This document shows, in pieces, positions 59,839 to 64,000 of a stretch of DNA of 64,000 bases (position 1 is the stretch's first letter; every line of letters begins with the position of its first letter). The DNA is taken from assembly GCA_030704615.1 (NCBI GenBank), contig CM060733.1, positions 59,148,001-59,212,000 of the forward strand, written 5' to 3'. Under the pieces are notes generated by a model. It was not told the DNA's origin. It searched no databases and worked only from the letters and a program-made list of their open reading frames with translations. Source of the DNA: Takakia lepidozioides. Its lineage: Eukaryota > Plantae > Bryophyta. The position numbers and the translations under genes were made by a program.

Positions 59839-62800
59839 TGTCACGAACATAGCCCAGAGGAACTTACCAGGAGTAAATACCAGAAGTTACTAAGTTACAA
59901 TGTTACCGGAAGTTACCATGACTTACCGTGATTTATCATGATCTACCATGATCTACCATGATTTACCATTACTTACCAAGTTACCGGGAATTTACCAAAT
60001 TACCAAGAGTAACTTGGGAAACTGCTCAGGAAGCTTCCTTTGGAGGAAACTTCTCCATCAAGATACCTTCTTTGTTTAAGGAAGCTTCTCCATCAAGAAA
60101 CCTTTGTTTAATCTTGGAAACTTCTCCAGCAAGAAATCTCCATAGGGGAAGCTTCTTAGGGAAGCTTCTTAGTAGCCAGTATATATGGTACCCCAGTCCA
60201 GTTTCCAGCATTCCAGTATTCGAGTCGAGTTCCAGTATCTTGTACTCTTGTCCATTGTTATAAATATCATCTTGATTCATGTTTACCCACCATGCATTCG
60301 CCCACACCGACCTTGACTTCTTGTCTATCTAGTTTGATCTCTTGTTTGTGTTCAGTCATGTTCTCGTCCTTGACAGTTTGGCGAGACTAAAGTTTGTTCC
60401 TTAGTTAGTTAAGATGGAAGGCACATTTGCGGAAATAGTCGCCACATTGCAGAGTCTTCAGCTCCAGATGCAAGAACTTCGTACCTCTACCGCCCAATTA
60501 CAAGCTGATCAGTCTCAAGATCTTAGCAAAGTTCTCCACAATTTGCGACAACAAATTTCAGAGTTAAGAGAGTCAAACAATGGATCTTCAACCATACGAA
60601 TCTCTACTGCAACAGCTCCTACTGCAACGGTTCCTCTTCAACAGATTACGAGAGAACCAAAGATCAACATACCGAGAAATTTGATAGGACAAGATCAAGA
60701 TTTCGCGGTTTTGTTCAACAAATATGACTATTCCTACGACTACATCCACAACACTACCCCGATGAAGGTATTCAAGTGGGATTCGTGGGCACCCTTCTAT
60801 CAGGCACTACCCTATCTTGGTTTGCACCGCTATTAGAATTTTTTTTGCATTTACTATACAATTTTGAAGTATTCATGTCCGAGTTCACTGCAACATTTGG
60901 AGAAAATGATAGGGAGAGAGTTGCAGAGACAAAGATGCGAAATCTTCGACAAGGAGCACGTCCTGCTTCCGTTTATGCTGCCTTATTTCGACAACTTGTG
61001 TGCGACCTCGACTGGAATGAGAAGAGCCTCATTAGTCAGTTTCGATGTGGGCTAAAGAAGGATATAAAAGATTTGTTGTTGACAATGCCAAACTTGAGCA
61101 TACTGAGTGAATTCATCACCCAAGTCATTGCATGCGATAATCGTTTGTTAGAAAGACGTCAAGAGAAGCGATCTAGATGATCGACGACGCATCATGCCGC
61201 TGCTACTACGGCACCAAACACAACGATCCATCAGACATCCGGTAGTGATCCTATGCAGATTGATGCTGTCCGATTCAAGCCATTGACGCCACAAGAAAAA
61301 CAAATACGGCGCTCGAATGGATTATGCCTCTATTGCGGAGAAGAAGATCACACAGCATTAAACTGCCCCAACAAGAGAAGATTCAAAACTCGGGGCACAA
61401 CTCAAGTGTTCGATACGAGGAGGTCGGAAAACGAAGCTGTCCAGTCACAGTAGGGACCATGCGGCTGGACACCACAAATTCCTTACAAAAAAAAAATCTC
61501 TTTCTACCTCCAGACCCTACACCTTGCTTCATAGTTCCGGTAAAAATCAGAGTGCAAAATCGAGATATCTATGTAGAAGCACTTTTGGACTCAAGGGCTT
61601 CGGCATGTTTTATTGATAAAACCTTTGCGAAGCAACACAATTTAACGCTCGTAAAGAAGAAACTATCGGCCCCCGTTGAAGTCATCGATGGACGACCGTT
61701 AATATCAGGAAATGTTGACCATGGAACTCGACCACTTGAAGTGAAGCTTGAAGATCAAGCATCACATATTGTTTTCAACATCATCCAGTCTCCAACGAGT
61801 CTTGTGATCCTTGGACTTCCCTGGTTCGTACTTCACAATCCTGACATCGACTGACGATCGCGAAAAATTTCTCCAAGACAAAAATGTAGACATATCAAAG
61901 TATTCAACCCTTGTTCCTTGGAGCTAGAGCTTTCATGAGAGCTACCAAAAAGGATGCGGCATTTGCACTTTATGCGACTCCGATCAAGACCACAGCAGAC
62001 AAAGGTACTTCAACATTACCCACTCAATATCAAGATTTCAAGGATATCTTTGAGAAGAAAAATGCAGACATATTGCCATAACATCGACCTTATGACTGTG
62101 CAATTGAGTTACAAAAAGGAGCCCAACCACCATTCGGCCCAATCTATAACTTATCACAGACGGAGTTGGCTACATTACGTGAATACATTGATGAAAATTT
62201 GTCGAAGAACTTCATCCGACATTCAAAATCGTCTGCGGGGGCGCCTATCTTGTTTGTGAAAAAGAATGAGGTATCATTATGCATGTGTGTGGACTATCGC
62301 GGTCTCAACAAAGTCACAATCAATAATCGTTATTTGTTGCCGCTGATTTCTGGGCTTCTCGACCAACTGGGACGAGCGAAGATTTTCACCAAAATTGACT
62401 TGAGATGAGCTTATAACCTTGTACGGATAAAAGAAGAAGAGGAATGGAAAACAGCTTTTCGAACAAGGTATGGACATTTTGAATACAGTGTTATGTCTTT
62501 CGGTCTTACAAATGCTCCAGCAATTTTCCAACATATGATGAATGACATCTTTCGAGAATTTTTAGATGACTTTGTAGGCATCTATTTGGACGACATTTTG
62601 ATATTTTCTCAGAATGAAGAAGAACATGGCCGCTATGTACGCCTTGTGCTTGATAAATTAAGAGAAAAATGACTATATGCCAAGTTGGAAAAATGTCTTT
62701 TCCATCGATCTAAGGTCGAATTTCTGGGCTACATTATTTCCGACAAAGGCGTCTTTATGGATCAGAAGAAAATACAAACCGTCATCGAGTGGATTAAACC

Positions 62801-64000
62801 AACTTATTTCCGAGATGTACAATGTTTTCTGGGATTTATAAATTTCTGTAGAATCTTCATCAATGACTACTCCAAATTGATGCACCATTGACACGACTCA
62901 CAGGGAAGGACAAATTTGTATGGGACGAGAAGGCTGACCAAGCATTTGAAAGGTTGAAGCAGACATTTACAACGGCTCCAATACTGGTACATGCAAACCC
63001 ATCTAAACCATTCTTTTTGGAAGCAAATGCATCGGACTTTGCACTTGGCGTGGTACTCTCTCAATACGGTACAGATGGCCGACTGCACCCTGTTGGTTTT
63101 CGTTCTCGCAAATTTTCCACTGCGGATATCAATTATGAAATCCATGACAAAGAACTTCTAGCGATTATCGATGTTTTTGAGAAGTGGCGTCATCTATTGA
63201 AGAGAGCTAAACATCATGTCACTGTCTATACCGATCACAAAAACCTCGAGTATTTTATGAGTGCTCGTGTTTTGAATTGACGTCAAACGAGATGGAGTAT
63301 GTCACTAGCAAGGTTTGATTTTGTTATTACCTACCGTCCCGGACATCTTCAAGGAAAACCAGATGCTCTTTCTCGACGATCGTATCTTGCGCCAAAAGAA
63401 GGGGGATGCAGCTTTTGACCAACAAAAATCCATCATCTTGAAACCAGCAAATCTCCAATTGAATATGCTATCCATGTCCACCTATGACGATGCAGAGATC
63501 GTAAAGGAGATTTAGGAAGCACTGAAGAGCGACCAATTTGCTACGACACTACGAAGTCAACTAAATCGACCTCGAGACAACCCACATGTTACAAACGATT
63601 TCGAATTCAAAGATGGTTTACTTTATTTCAAGGGACTTCTCTATGTACCTCCAAGACCTACACGACTGCGAATTCTTCAAACATATCATGATCTTCCGGC
63701 TGCAGGACATTTCGGCTTCAACAAAACAATGGAATTGATATCCAGGGACTATTGGTGGCCGCAGATGTGGAAACTCGTGAAAGAATTTATAAAATCTTGC
63801 GACACGTGTGCTAGAGCGAAGGGACCACGACATCGACCTTATGACATTCTTCAACCATTACCCATTCCCAATGGTTCATGGTCCTCCGTGTCTATGGACT
63901 TTATTACGGACATTCCAATTTCCAAGACCACCGATTCAATCATTGTTATTGTAGATCGTTTTACGAAGATGACATTTCATTCCATGTATTAAGACGGTTA
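59839..64000 (+). mobile_element. Second Tcn1-like chromovirus, degenerate, runs off the window
   Basis: LTR 59839-60375 (TG..CA), PBS-position gtttggcgagact, gag ATG 60414, CLYCGEEDHTALNC knuckle, PR, RT, RH and IN start; many stops. Confidence 0.93.

Overview
Nuclear DNA of a land plant, most likely a non-seed plant rich in RNA-editing factors (bryophyte, lycophyte or fern type); the organism is inferred from gene and TE families only. 0-27 kb is largely decayed sequence: a fungal-type Uma2-like PD-(D/E)XK nuclease pseudogene, orphan exons (kinesin-14, ATL RING, SEC13), F-box remnants, CACTA ends, a complete but defective Galadriel-like Ty3/gypsy chromovirus with TSD, and an RTEX-like LINE. 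27-50 kb is a gene island: P-class PPR pseudogene, ferredoxin, EFFECTOR OF TRANSCRIPTION (GIY-YIG), a small membrane protein, an extensin and a PLS-class PPR gene. 50-64 kb is nested Ty3/gypsy elements, including Tcn1-like elements with a Tf1-type self-priming signature. The most notable signal concerns the PPR genes. (i) Short spliced exons encoding OSB-type 'PDF' ssDNA-binding motifs (WWDNR..K / PDF.. / P.W) lie directly upstream of the PLS-PPR editing-factor ORF, and the same PDF+PPR mixture recurs in a decayed locus at 9-13 kb. (ii) A PPR-derived inverted repeat 2-2.5 kb upstream of the PPR ORF could yield a small RNA 22/23 complementary to the PPR mRNA. (iii) A non-coding ~112-bp tandem array is built from a PPR sub-motif. 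All gene models were derived by eye and need transcript confirmation.
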